From positions 1-64,000 of the IMG/VR virus record IMGVR_UViG_3300028591_006041: 64,000 nucleotides of DNA, one strand, 5' to 3'. Every line of letters starts with the position of its first letter. Within the stretch, counting starts at the first letter, position 1. The translations under genes and the position numbers were made by a program. Source of the DNA: a virus (Duplodnaviria; Caudoviricetes). The notes beneath the pieces are model-generated. The model had not been told where the DNA came from. It searched no databases and saw only the letters and a program-made list of their open reading frames with translations. Shown piece after piece: positions 20,547 through 28,799 of this stretch.

Positions 20547-20627
20547 TTAGTCAGATAGTGGACTTGATAGGCTGGGGACCAACCATACAAGTATAAAAAT
20601 GAATGTCTTAGCATTGACTAACATTTT
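20547..20627 (+). ncRNA. Candidate structured RNA with a Y-RNA-like terminal stem
   Basis: TTAGTC(A)GA at 20547-20555 can pair with TTGACTAA at 20614-20621; internal hairpin ACTTG...TGG-GGA-CCA...CAAGT; ends in CATTTT. Inferred only. Confidence 0.3.
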
Positions 20628-20723
20628 GTTGCGAAGCATGAAAATATTGCATTTTAATGTAATATTAGTTCATTAAATAAAGTATAAATATTTAAACTAG
20701 AAATATACCAAATAAAATATAAT

Positions 20724-22118
20724 ATGAACATAAAATTAATTAAAGACCTGGATTTCACAGCTAAATTGAATAATTGCAATGCAGTGACAGAAGCAGGTAA
20801 AGAATTAGTCAAGAACTACAAAGCATATTTGTTTACAAATCCTGCTAATTGTGGTATTGTCAATGGCTTTATAAAAGAAGCACAAAAATATAGCTTTGAT
20901 ACAGGACTTGTTTCAATTTTAGAGTCTGTATTGAATTTTATTAAAGAAAACAACATTTCATGGCAATTAGCATCTGCTTGTGAATCAATTGAGAATAGTA
21001 AGTCAACATACAACTATATTGCTAAGACAGGTATTGAGCAAGTAAGCAAACTTTTAGAGATGGATGAGTCACAAGTTGTTTCTTATATTAAATCAGGAGC
21101 ATTAAAAGGTGTTCAATATATTCCAGAATTCAGAAATGTATGCAAACAAGTATTCAAATCTGCAATTAATGAGACTGTAGCTCCTACTTATGTTACTACA
21201 AATCCAATATCTTTTGTTTATGAGAATGAAGAAGGTGACAAATATTTTGAAATCCTTCATAAGACTTATAAGATAAATAAAGATCAAACTAAAGTTTGTG
21301 AAGCTGTATGTGACAATCCTAAGTTCAGAAACATTAATGCATTACTTGAATCATTTACAAATGACAATGAAGGAAATATGAAATATGAGTGGAAGAGTGG
21401 ATTTGATGCTTGTAAAGTAACTATTTCTGAATCAAATGAAAATGATACTTACAATTTGAATTTTGAAAAGGGTAAGAACATTAATGAGAACTTTGATTCA
21501 ACAGAGAAATTCAATGAGTATTGTGATACTATTTCAAGAACAATGCCTATGAATGAGAAGATGCAATTCTTGAATATTACAAGAGCAATTGGTCAAGTAT
21601 TTGAGGCTATGGAACAAGTTTTCGTTATGGATTGTGCAAAGGTATTGAGAACTTCTACTGGTTCAATTTGTACCATTATTGAAGCTAAAGACAATATTAC
21701 AATGTCTGTAAACAACTCATTACACTTCGGAACTTATACAAAAGATTTTGATTACATTACTGAAGCATTGAAAGAAGTTACAGCAGTTTCAGGAATTGAT
21801 TTGAAATATATGTATGAAGAGAGAATCAATGAAGATGTAAAGAAACATAACCCAACTGAATATCAAGCTATTCAAGAAGAGTTAGCAGCTTCAAAGAAAA
21901 TCCAAATGGATGCAAGAAAGAAAAAGATTGCAATGTTAGCAGAACAATATAAGAATGATCCTGCAATTATCGCTGTATTGAACAAAGCTGCTAGAGACTT
22001 AGCTGTATTTGAAAAAGAATGTGAATGCACAGGAAAAGAAGATTGCCAATGTGAAAAATGCAAAGGTAAAAAAGCTAAAAAAGAAGAATCAAAGGAAAGT
22101 GAAGAAAAAGGAGAATAA
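20724..22118 (+). CDS. Putative prohead core/scaffold-like protein with Cys-rich and charged C-terminus
   Basis: 464 aa under the late motif; many (I/L)xE sites (ILE, LLE, INE, ISE, ITE); ends ECECTGKEDCQCEKCK...EESKESEEKGE. Confidence 0.5.
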   Translation: MNIKLIKDLDFTAKLNNCNAVTEAGKELVKNYKAYLFTNPANCGIVNGFIKEAQKYSFDTGLVSILESVLNFIKENNISWQLASACESIENSKSTYNYIAKTGIEQVSKLLEMDESQVVSYIKSGALKGVQYIPEFRNVCKQVFKSAINETVAPTYVTTNPISFVYENEEGDKYFEILHKTYKINKDQTKVCEAVCDNPKFRNINALLESFTNDNEGNMKYEWKSGFDACKVTISESNENDTYNLNFEKGKNINENFDSTEKFNEYCDTISRTMPMNEKMQFLNITRAIGQVFEAMEQVFVMDCAKVLRTSTGSICTIIEAKDNITMSVNNSLHFGTYTKDFDYITEALKEVTAVSGIDLKYMYEERINEDVKKHNPTEYQAIQEELAASKKIQMDARKKKIAMLAEQYKNDPAIIAVLNKAARDLAVFEKECECTGKEDCQCEKCKGKKAKKEESKESEEKGE

Positions 22119-22145
22119 TATATTACATATAAATATATAAATATG

Positions 22146-22179
22146 AAAATGTCACCCAATAAAATTGTGGTGACATTTT
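22146..22179. terminator. Intrinsic terminator
   Basis: 11-bp stem AAAATGTCACC/GGTGACATTTT. Confidence 0.8.
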
Positions 22180-22199
22180 TTATATAAACACTATTTAAT

Positions 22200-23078
22200 A
22201 TGAGTAAATATTTTAAAAAATTCAATACACATGAACAATATGAGCAATATACACAAGAAGATATGATATTGCCAAATATATCTTATTGTGAAAATAAAAA
22301 TGAAGTGCATTATAATCCTTTTGTACCTGAAACAAGACTAGTCCTTAAATATAATATTACAAGCACAAGTAGTGCAACCAAATTAACATATAATTCCACA
22401 TCAGCAGCATTATTTACTGAAATGGTGATTGACGGAGTAAAACAAGACAGTGTTGTGACTAGTTATACATTTGATACAACTGGTGAACATACAGTTCATT
22501 ATACTCTTGCCGACCCAACTACAATCGGCAGTAGTGCTTTCCGTGATTGTATAAATCTTATAAGTGTTACAATTCCTGATAGTGTCACTACTATTGCTAC
22601 TCAGGCTTTCAATTATTGTAGGGGTCTTACAAGTGTTACAATACCAAATAGTGTGACTTCTATTGGTAGCAAGAGTTTCAGTACTTGTAGTGGTCTTACA
22701 AATGTGATAATCGGTAATGGTGTCACTTCAATAAGTAGTCAGGCTTTTGCAAGTTGTGATAGTCTTACAAGTGTTACAATTCCTGATAGTGTAACTACAA
22801 TTGCTGACAGTGCTTTCAATAGTTGTAATCATCTTACAAGTATTATTATACCAAATAGTGTAACATCAATCGGTAGTTATGCTTTCGGTTATTGTAGCCG
22901 TCTTGGAAACATCACTTGTTTTGCCACAACAGCACCAACAATAACAAACAACACATTCATAACAGTCAAATCAAATGGCACATTAACTGTTCCAAGTGGC
23001 AGTACGGGATATGATGTATGGATGGGAACAGATGATTATTACCTTGGCAAGTATAGTTGGACTAAATTAGAACAATAA
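22200..23078 (+). CDS. BspA-type leucine-rich repeat (LRR_5) protein
   Basis: Repeats of IPDSVTTI...AF..C..LTSVT plus a TAPTI capping motif; N-terminus [14 protein letters not shown]...PNISY. Confidence 0.92.
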   Translation: MSKYFKKFNTHEQYEQYTQEDMILPNISYCENKNEVHYNPFVPETRLVLKYNITSTSSATKLTYNSTSAALFTEMVIDGVKQDSVVTSYTFDTTGEHTVHYTLADPTTIGSSAFRDCINLISVTIPDSVTTIATQAFNYCRGLTSVTIPNSVTSIGSKSFSTCSGLTNVIIGNGVTSISSQAFASCDSLTSVTIPDSVTTIADSAFNSCNHLTSIIIPNSVTSIGSYAFGYCSRLGNITCFATTAPTITNNTFITVKSNGTLTVPSGSTGYDVWMGTDDYYLGKYSWTKLEQ

Positions 23079-23108
23079 TATTCAAATCAAATAGAATATA
23101 TAATAAAT

Positions 23109-23134
23109 AAAAGAGAGCTTTAAAGCTCTCTTTT
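23109..23134. terminator. Bidirectional terminator (perfect palindrome)
   Basis: AAAAGAGAGCTTTAAAGCTCTCTTTT between convergent genes. Confidence 0.85.
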
Positions 23135-23136
23135 TA

Positions 23137-24156
23137 TTAAAACCATTTCTTATATTCTTCTTTATCTTTACATTCATCATTAGAAGCTTTATGATTCACT
23201 TCATAATTGAATAGCTTCATTTTGTTTATTTCTTTCCAATCATCATAATTCATATATCCTAAAACCGAACCTATGAATATTGAAGGACTTTCGGCATATT
23301 CATGTATCTTCTTAATAATGTCTGTAAAATCTTTATATTTGTTTGATTTGAATATTTTGTCAAGTTCTTCATATCTTTTAGCTTCAATTTCTCTATCTAC
23401 TAAATCATTTGAATTCTTCCTATTTGTAGTATAAGATCTTATTTGAATAGTTATGAATTGATTTAAATGTTCCCAAGAATCATCTGAATCTCCCCATGAA
23501 CTTAACTTATGATTGACACTAAAATTGTTGTCTATGCATTTAAACCATCCATGAGTAAAGCTTTTTATATAATCTAAATAATTCTGATTTTGCTCAATCC
23601 TATAAGAATTCAAAATTTTTCCAATTACTTCATCATCAGATATTATTTGATAATATAAGAATGGCAATCCTCTTTTCAAAATCAAATCAATTAACTTCTT
23701 TGACATCAATAGTCCATTTCCTCTACCATATAGGTCTAAAGGATTAGGTACAGCAGCATTAGACAATGAATACAACTCACTTGTCCATAATATCTCATCA
23801 TTATCTAATTCCTGTACAAATTTGTTCATTAGCTCAATATTGATATAAGTTGATGTATTTGTTCTAAACACATAATCATATTCTCCAAAAAGTCTTTCTA
23901 AAAATTTGAATGCATAATAAGTTTTCTTGAATGTATTGTGAATGTCATCTTCACATCTCATCAACAATCTATGTTCTTCTTTTGAATACTTATGCTTTGG
24001 TATGAATTCAGATGCCGAATAAATCATATAGTCTATATTAGGATATTTTCCATCTATGACATCTTTAAGGTAAGTATTCTTAATATCTTCTTCTTGAGCC
24101 TTGAAATGTCCTAATTCACATGACATAATCAAAATTAATATCTTCTTTTCTTTCAT
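23137..24156 (-). CDS. Putative glycosyltransferase (GT31/galactosyltransferase-like)
   Basis: ILILIMSC...DDIHNTFKKTYYAF...YDYVFRTNTSTYIN...GNGLLMS...DDEVIG pattern. Confidence 0.6.
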   Translation of the reverse strand: MKEKKILILIMSCELGHFKAQEEDIKNTYLKDVIDGKYPNIDYMIYSASEFIPKHKYSKEEHRLLMRCEDDIHNTFKKTYYAFKFLERLFGEYDYVFRTNTSTYINIELMNKFVQELDNDEILWTSELYSLSNAAVPNPLDLYGRGNGLLMSKKLIDLILKRGLPFLYYQIISDDEVIGKILNSYRIEQNQNYLDYIKSFTHGWFKCIDNNFSVNHKLSSWGDSDDSWEHLNQFITIQIRSYTTNRKNSNDLVDREIEAKRYEELDKIFKSNKYKDFTDIIKKIHEYAESPSIFIGSVLGYMNYDDWKEINKMKLFNYEVNHKASNDECKDKEEYKKWF

Positions 24157-24188
24157 ATTTTAATCATGGGTTAATTTTTATCGTAATG

Positions 24189-24243
24189 TAATATAGTTTA
24201 TAACTTAGAATACTTATGTATGACACGAGTCATTCTGAATGTA
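24189..24243. repeat. 55-bp dispersed element, copy A (copy B at 39310-39364)
   Basis: 45 of 55 positions identical without gaps in a manual alignment; both copies contain the minus-strand AACTATATTA box. Confidence 0.8.
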
Positions 24244-24870
24244 CTACGAGCACTTTTTATTTATATTTATTAAATATTCGGAAATCCAATAAGAATCAGC
24301 CAAATCATCATTTTTCTGAATTTGCTTTAATGATGGATTCAAATTTTCAAATAACGCAATCATTGAGTCCTTTTTAGCATTACCATTTCCTGTGGCAAAC
24401 TTCTTTATTTCTCCTGGAGTCAATATAAAAAGCCCACCAAGTTGGTCTTGATGAGACATAAAATAATTCAATATCCTATATCTGATAATATAAGACAATC
24501 CCGACAAATCTATCAATGACTTAGTTTGTGAAGACTGGAATGAAATTCCCTCTAATGCTATATATAACTTATCTAATTTGTTTTTGACATTGCTATTTAT
24601 CAAATCTAATATCTTATCAGATATGTTTATGACATTATGTACTTTAGACAATTCAAAATCATTATTATCTAAACAATCTTTTTTGTCTTTCTTAATATAA
24701 GTTATATATTCAAAATCATTCAATAAGCAATTTACATCATTTTCTTTCTTAGTCAACTTATTAGGCTTTATTATGAAAAATTCCTTGCTTATTTTCTTAT
24801 CGTCTTCAAATTTTTGTATTGTTATTCCTGTACTGTTTATTGATTGATCAATTCCTATAAAAATTTCCAC
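24244..24870 (-). CDS. RuvC-like Holliday junction resolvase
   Basis: IGIDQSINSTG, IALEG, EIKKFATGNGNAKKDSM, DDLADS. Confidence 0.85.
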   Translation of the reverse strand: MEIFIGIDQSINSTGITIQKFEDDKKISKEFFIIKPNKLTKKENDVNCLLNDFEYITYIKKDKKDCLDNNDFELSKVHNVINISDKILDLINSNVKNKLDKLYIALEGISFQSSQTKSLIDLSGLSYIIRYRILNYFMSHQDQLGGLFILTPGEIKKFATGNGNAKKDSMIALFENLNPSLKQIQKNDDLADSYWISEYLININKKCS

Positions 24871-24933
24871 ACTTCTATACTATATAAATATTTGTGGATT
24901 ATTATATAATATAGAAACGTGGAAATAAAAAAT

Positions 24934-25263
24934 TCAATAAACTTTTAATCCATATTTCATAATAAATTCTATTGATGAATTCTTACATTTCTCTTTATTA
25001 AAACGATAAAGATTGTAAAAAATCATATTAAGCTTTTCTATAAACTTTTTCTGTTTTGATTTAGTCCATTTGAACTCATTAACCCAATTATTGTTTGCTT
25101 TAATAAGATCAATAATATATTCATTAGAAAAGTCATCATACTTAGCAAATCTAAACATTCCGACAATCAATGAATAAATTAAAGATTTTGTAACTTGATT
25201 GATTTCTTCATCATTGAAATCTTTATACATCAAATCATCAATAGAATAAATGTTAATCTTCAT
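24934..25263 (-). CDS. Hypothetical protein
   Basis: 109-aa ORF in the minus-strand run. Confidence 0.65.
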   Translation of the reverse strand: MKINIYSIDDLMYKDFNDEEINQVTKSLIYSLIVGMFRFAKYDDFSNEYIIDLIKANNNWVNEFKWTKSKQKKFIEKLNMIFYNLYRFNKEKCKNSSIEFIMKYGLKVY

Positions 25264-25594
25264 TATATGTGTAAAGTTGGTAAATTATTTGCTTATCATA
25301 TACTTTAGCCGTTTCATGCTCACATTTACAACCTAATGATTTATGCCATCCACGACCCATAAATATTGCATCACATCTAAGTAATTCTTTAATGTCTTCA
25401 CCCATATACCAAGCATAATCATGATCACGTTCTTTAACTATTCCATTATCGCTAAAATCTTCGATATTGATTGGACCATGAATTTCAAATTGCTCTCTCA
25501 AATCATTGTTTATATAATCAATAGCTTCTTGGTATCTTTCTTTGACTGTAGCTTCATCAATAGCTATAGGTAAACTAATATAAATTTTTTTCAT
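25253..25594 (-). CDS. DUF4406-like (nucleoside deoxyribosyltransferase-fold) protein
   Basis: KIYISLPI...YMGEDIKELLRCDAIFMGRGWHKSLGCKCEHETA. Confidence 0.8.
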   Translation of the reverse strand: MKKIYISLPIAIDEATVKERYQEAIDYINNDLREQFEIHGPINIEDFSDNGIVKERDHDYAWYMGEDIKELLRCDAIFMGRGWHKSLGCKCEHETAKVYDKQIIYQLYTYNED

Positions 25595-25998
25595 TTTTCC
25601 ATTTCAATAAATTCTATCATTCTTTCATAAGCTTGTTGTGGTGTATGGCCATCCCACGTATTTGACTTTTCTTTCTCTGGAATGTTGAACATATCCCAAT
25701 ACATATCTTCATAATGGTTTGAAATTTGACCAGTTGGCAATTCAGCCATTACGATAAACCAACCACCGCCAAAACATTTTTCACCATCTGAATGTCTTAA
25801 CGATTTATGAATGTCATATTCAGGATGAGTCTTATACAATTCATTAAACCACAAAGCATTATAAATCATTCTATAATCATATAGTTCTTTAAATGTATGA
25901 TATCCATCAGATACATCTTCAAAAGAATTATGCAATTGAAAATCTTCTACTTTTCCACTCTTTTCATTCTTTACAAATATTTCTATTCTTTTATTCAT
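25591..25998 (-). CDS. WDGH-motif phage protein
   Basis: SDGYHTFKELYDYR...HSDG...GWFIV.AELPTGQISNHY...WDGHT. Confidence 0.75.
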   Translation of the reverse strand: MNKRIEIFVKNEKSGKVEDFQLHNSFEDVSDGYHTFKELYDYRMIYNALWFNELYKTHPEYDIHKSLRHSDGEKCFGGGWFIVMAELPTGQISNHYEDMYWDMFNIPEKEKSNTWDGHTPQQAYERMIEFIEMEK

Positions 25999-26144
25999 AA
26001 TAATATATTCTTATGTTTTAATCATAATATAACCAGCTTTTATTCTTTCTTCTTTTTAAATTAATATATGATTTTCTAAACTCATATATTTCTTTAATTA
26101 AGATAGTTAATCCTGTAGACAATATTCCAAATATAATTAATTTA

Positions 26145-26309
26145 TTACTCATCTTTTACTTCTTCTAATTTATACCATTCTACATCAGGATTTTTCAATC
26201 CCCAAAATTTGATACAATATTTTTCATCCATAGTTTCATCACCCCATAATTCAGGTTTTACTGTGTGCGGATTACCTGCTTCTTTAATTTCACATTTCCA
26301 ATGCCTCAT
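26145..26309 (-). CDS. Small hypothetical protein (54 aa)
   Basis: Hand-translated MRHWKCEIKEAG...; ATGA overlap with the upstream gene. Confidence 0.6.
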   Translation of the reverse strand: MRHWKCEIKEAGNPHTVKPELWGDETMDEKYCIKFWGLKNPDVEWYKLEEVKDE

Positions 26310-26509
26310 CTTTTTTTAACTAATTTTTCAGTTATATGCTTAAACAAGCAAGGTTTACCATTATATTCACCCATGATATCATAAGATACATCTGATGGAT
26401 CTTCAAAAGTACCATATTCATCAATTATATAAATAGTACCTTCATATTTTTTATCTTCTATTATGAAATATACTCTATCTTTAATTTTATATTTTGGATA
26501 TCCTCTCAT
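26306..26509 (-). CDS. Small hypothetical protein (SH3/KOW-like beta pattern)
   Basis: 67 aa: PKYKIKDRVYF...GTIYIID...YDI. Confidence 0.65.
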   Translation of the reverse strand: MRGYPKYKIKDRVYFIIEDKKYEGTIYIIDEYGTFEDPSDVSYDIMGEYNGKPCLFKHITEKLVKKR

Positions 26510-26655
26510 ATTTTTGCTATTGATAATATTGCATATTTTACAAACCCTTGTGTTGATGACATTGCTTGACTATAACCTAATATATCATCTATTTTCCATC
26601 CATTTGGAATTTGTATTGATAGATCTTTATTAGTAACAATTATTATTTTTTTCAT
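26506..26655 (-). CDS. Small hypothetical protein (49 aa)
   Basis: Hand-translated MKKIIIVTNK...AILSIAKI; its stop overlaps the next ATG. Confidence 0.5.
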   Translation of the reverse strand: MKKIIIVTNKDLSIQIPNGWKIDDILGYSQAMSSTQGFVKYAILSIAKI

Positions 26656-26663
26656 TATAATTA

Positions 26664-27506
26664 TTAATAATATTCATTTGGAATTTGCTCTACAGGATCA
26701 TCAGTTCCATATACATTTCGATATTTCTGAAAATCTTTATATTTGATTTTAATAATCAATCTTTCACCTCTACGATTTTTAAGTCCTAGTTCTGTTCTAA
26801 GTACAAGTCCTTCTGCAATAAAATCTTTATTTTCAGCAATTCTTGATTTGAACCCCTTTCGAACATACTCAATAGCTTCATCAAGAGTGAAGTAACCAAT
26901 AAATGGAGCAATAGGTGCACCAAGTTTATTTATAATATCATCTCTATTATTAGTAAGAAGATAAATATCATTTACCTTTACATCAAAACCAACAAAACTA
27001 ACTCCATTTTTAATATAATTTTCACCAGCTTTTTGAATTTTAGCTCCATAACCTTCACCATAAATAGTATATTTAGGAATATCAATTACATCATTCCATT
27101 TATGATCTACCCATTCATTAACTGGGATAAATTCTTTCAATCCAATGGCTTCAAGTACTTTCTCTTTAGGATAATTATCTTCCATATATTTTTTAAGCAT
27201 TGATGGAATTTGTGAATTATCTATTTTGCCTTTAATAGTTACATCAAAATGAACTCCAAGGATCTCATTTGTTTCCTCATATTCAATATTATTGACAGTA
27301 TCAATTACATATTCAATACGAGGAGTTACTTCAATACGTATATTTGTTCCATCAATTTTCTCTTCTCCTCTCCATTTAAGACTACGAAGATATTCAAGCT
27401 CAGGTGTGACAAAACCTGCATATTGCATAATCACATTTTTATTGTCCCTCTTAAAGATCGTATTAATCTTTTGATAAGTGTTCTCACTTCTTTTTTGACG
27501 TGCCAT
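26664..27506 (-). CDS. ATP-dependent RNA ligase (Rnl2-like nucleotidyltransferase)
   Basis: Motif I EKIDGTN, III YGEGYG, IIIa FVGFDV, IV EGLVLR, V KIKYKDF. Confidence 0.85.
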   Translation of the reverse strand: MARQKRSENTYQKINTIFKRDNKNVIMQYAGFVTPELEYLRSLKWRGEEKIDGTNIRIEVTPRIEYVIDTVNNIEYEETNEILGVHFDVTIKGKIDNSQIPSMLKKYMEDNYPKEKVLEAIGLKEFIPVNEWVDHKWNDVIDIPKYTIYGEGYGAKIQKAGENYIKNGVSFVGFDVKVNDIYLLTNNRDDIINKLGAPIAPFIGYFTLDEAIEYVRKGFKSRIAENKDFIAEGLVLRTELGLKNRRGERLIIKIKYKDFQKYRNVYGTDDPVEQIPNEYY

Positions 27507-27519
27507 AATTATATTTAAT

Positions 27520-28029
27520 TTAATTGTTTAATAATTCTTTAATAGCTGGAATTGCTTCATCTTCCCAATCTTTAATATATCCATCTCCATTAATGTCAAG
27601 ATAAATATAATCTCCATAACCTTCATCTCCTACTGAAAGAAACTTTGGAACATAATAATCTTGAAATTCAACAGAATCCCAAATAATATTATCATTTTCA
27701 TCTAAGATTTGATAAAGTCCATCATCACAAACTTTAAACCAAGTTTCAATACAAAAATCTTTAGGCCAATTTTCTACTTTACCTGTGTCGATATCAATAG
27801 TTAAAGTCCAATAATAACCTTCATTATACCCAATATCTTTTAAAACAACAAATGGAATATTGTTTCTAAAATCTTCAGATACTTCTTTTGTATCTCCTTC
27901 TTTTGACCCGTTTCTCCATGTATTCTTATTATCTTTAGAATATTTACAGTCATTCCAATAACGAACACCTGCACTAACAAGAATTTTTTTCAAGTTAACT
28001 TCCTTTTCAATTTTAATTGTTGCTTTCAT
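27520..28029 (-). CDS. Hypothetical protein
   Basis: 169-aa ORF ending YVPKFL...GYGDYIYLDINGDGYIKDW; typical phage-like protein with no function assigned. Confidence 0.7.
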   Translation of the reverse strand: MKATIKIEKEVNLKKILVSAGVRYWNDCKYSKDNKNTWRNGSKEGDTKEVSEDFRNNIPFVVLKDIGYNEGYYWTLTIDIDTGKVENWPKDFCIETWFKVCDDGLYQILDENDNIIWDSVEFQDYYVPKFLSVGDEGYGDYIYLDINGDGYIKDWEDEAIPAIKELLNN

Positions 28030-28030
28030 G

Positions 28031-28195
28031 TTATTCTTCCCAAACTGAATGTTTATTGACTAAAATTTCTGAACCATCTTCAATAAGTTCATCTTCATTA
28101 GTATAAATTGGAATACTCATAGGATTTTCCATTATATCTTCTGAATCAATTTCCTGAATTCGAATTGTAGGAATTATATAATGTTTCTTATTCAT
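28031..28195 (-). CDS. 54-aa peptide with YxxPxI leader and acidic/Trp tail
   Basis: Hand-translated MNKKHYIIPTIRIQEIDSEDIMENPMSIPIYTNEDELIEDGSEILVNKHSVWEE. Confidence 0.65.
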   Translation of the reverse strand: MNKKHYIIPTIRIQEIDSEDIMENPMSIPIYTNEDELIEDGSEILVNKHSVWEE

Positions 28196-28196
28196 A

Positions 28197-28427
28197 TCAA
28201 TCATTTTCTCTTTTAAAATATGTTTCCCAAATCCTATCTGCTATTGCTACTGTCTCATCTTCTTCAGCATACATAAGAGCTTCCGTCAATTCAGGATGCA
28301 TAGCATAATCATATTCACCCCAATTAGGATATTCTCCAGGATATTCATTATCCCATCTAATCAAATACTTAATGGCAAGCATCAAATCATCTACGCTAAA
28401 TTTTGTTTTTGGCTTTTCCATGTTCAT
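28197..28427 (-). CDS. Hypothetical protein
   Basis: 76-aa ORF with an ATGA overlap to the upstream gene. Confidence 0.65.
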   Translation of the reverse strand: MNMEKPKTKFSVDDLMLAIKYLIRWDNEYPGEYPNWGEYDYAMHPELTEALMYAEEDETVAIADRIWETYFKREND

Positions 28428-28594
28428 TTCTTATTAATGTTAAACAATATTTCTGGATGAAATTCGGTGACAATATCTTTATCATCAACTTTAAATGTAC
28501 GCTTTGTATACTTACGTTTTTTCTTTGGAGTTTCTTTTCCAAATGATGATATTATATCATTAAGCGAATCAAAAAAATCATCAAATGTTTTCAT
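28424..28594 (-). CDS. Small basic hypothetical protein (56 aa)
   Basis: Hand-translated MKTFDDFFDSLNDII...KKKRKYTKR... Confidence 0.55.
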   Translation of the reverse strand: MKTFDDFFDSLNDIISSFGKETPKKKRKYTKRTFKVDDKDIVTEFHPEILFNINKK

Positions 28595-28712
28595 TTTCTA
28601 CAGTTTTTAAAATGTCAATAAAAAATCTAAGACTACGTTTTGTTGGCAAATGAGACGAATTGATTGCATCAATCAAAAGCTCAGCAGTTTCTTTATTAAT
28701 TTCAACAGTCAT
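28581..28712 (-). CDS. Small hypothetical protein (43 aa)
   Basis: Hand-translated MTVEINKETAELLIDAIN...; first ORF after the promoter at 28737-28764. Confidence 0.5.
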   Translation of the reverse strand: MTVEINKETAELLIDAINSSHLPTKRSLRFFIDILKTVENENI

Positions 28713-28736
28713 AAATTAGAATTTTAATACATTTAT

Positions 28737-28764
28737 AATATAGTTACAAATGGTAAAAATTCAA
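28737..28764 (-). promoter_or_regulatory. Putative early/middle promoter TTGAAT-N16-TATATT
   Basis: Two-box motif, back-to-back with the late motif at 28768. Confidence 0.65.
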
Positions 28765-28767
28765 TTT

Positions 28768-28780
28768 TATTTTTAATAAA
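28768..28780 (+). promoter_or_regulatory. Putative late promoter motif TATTTTTAATAAA
   Basis: Exact motif 19 nt before the LRR gene. Confidence 0.65.
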
Positions 28781-28799
28781 TTAAATCTTATTTATAAAG

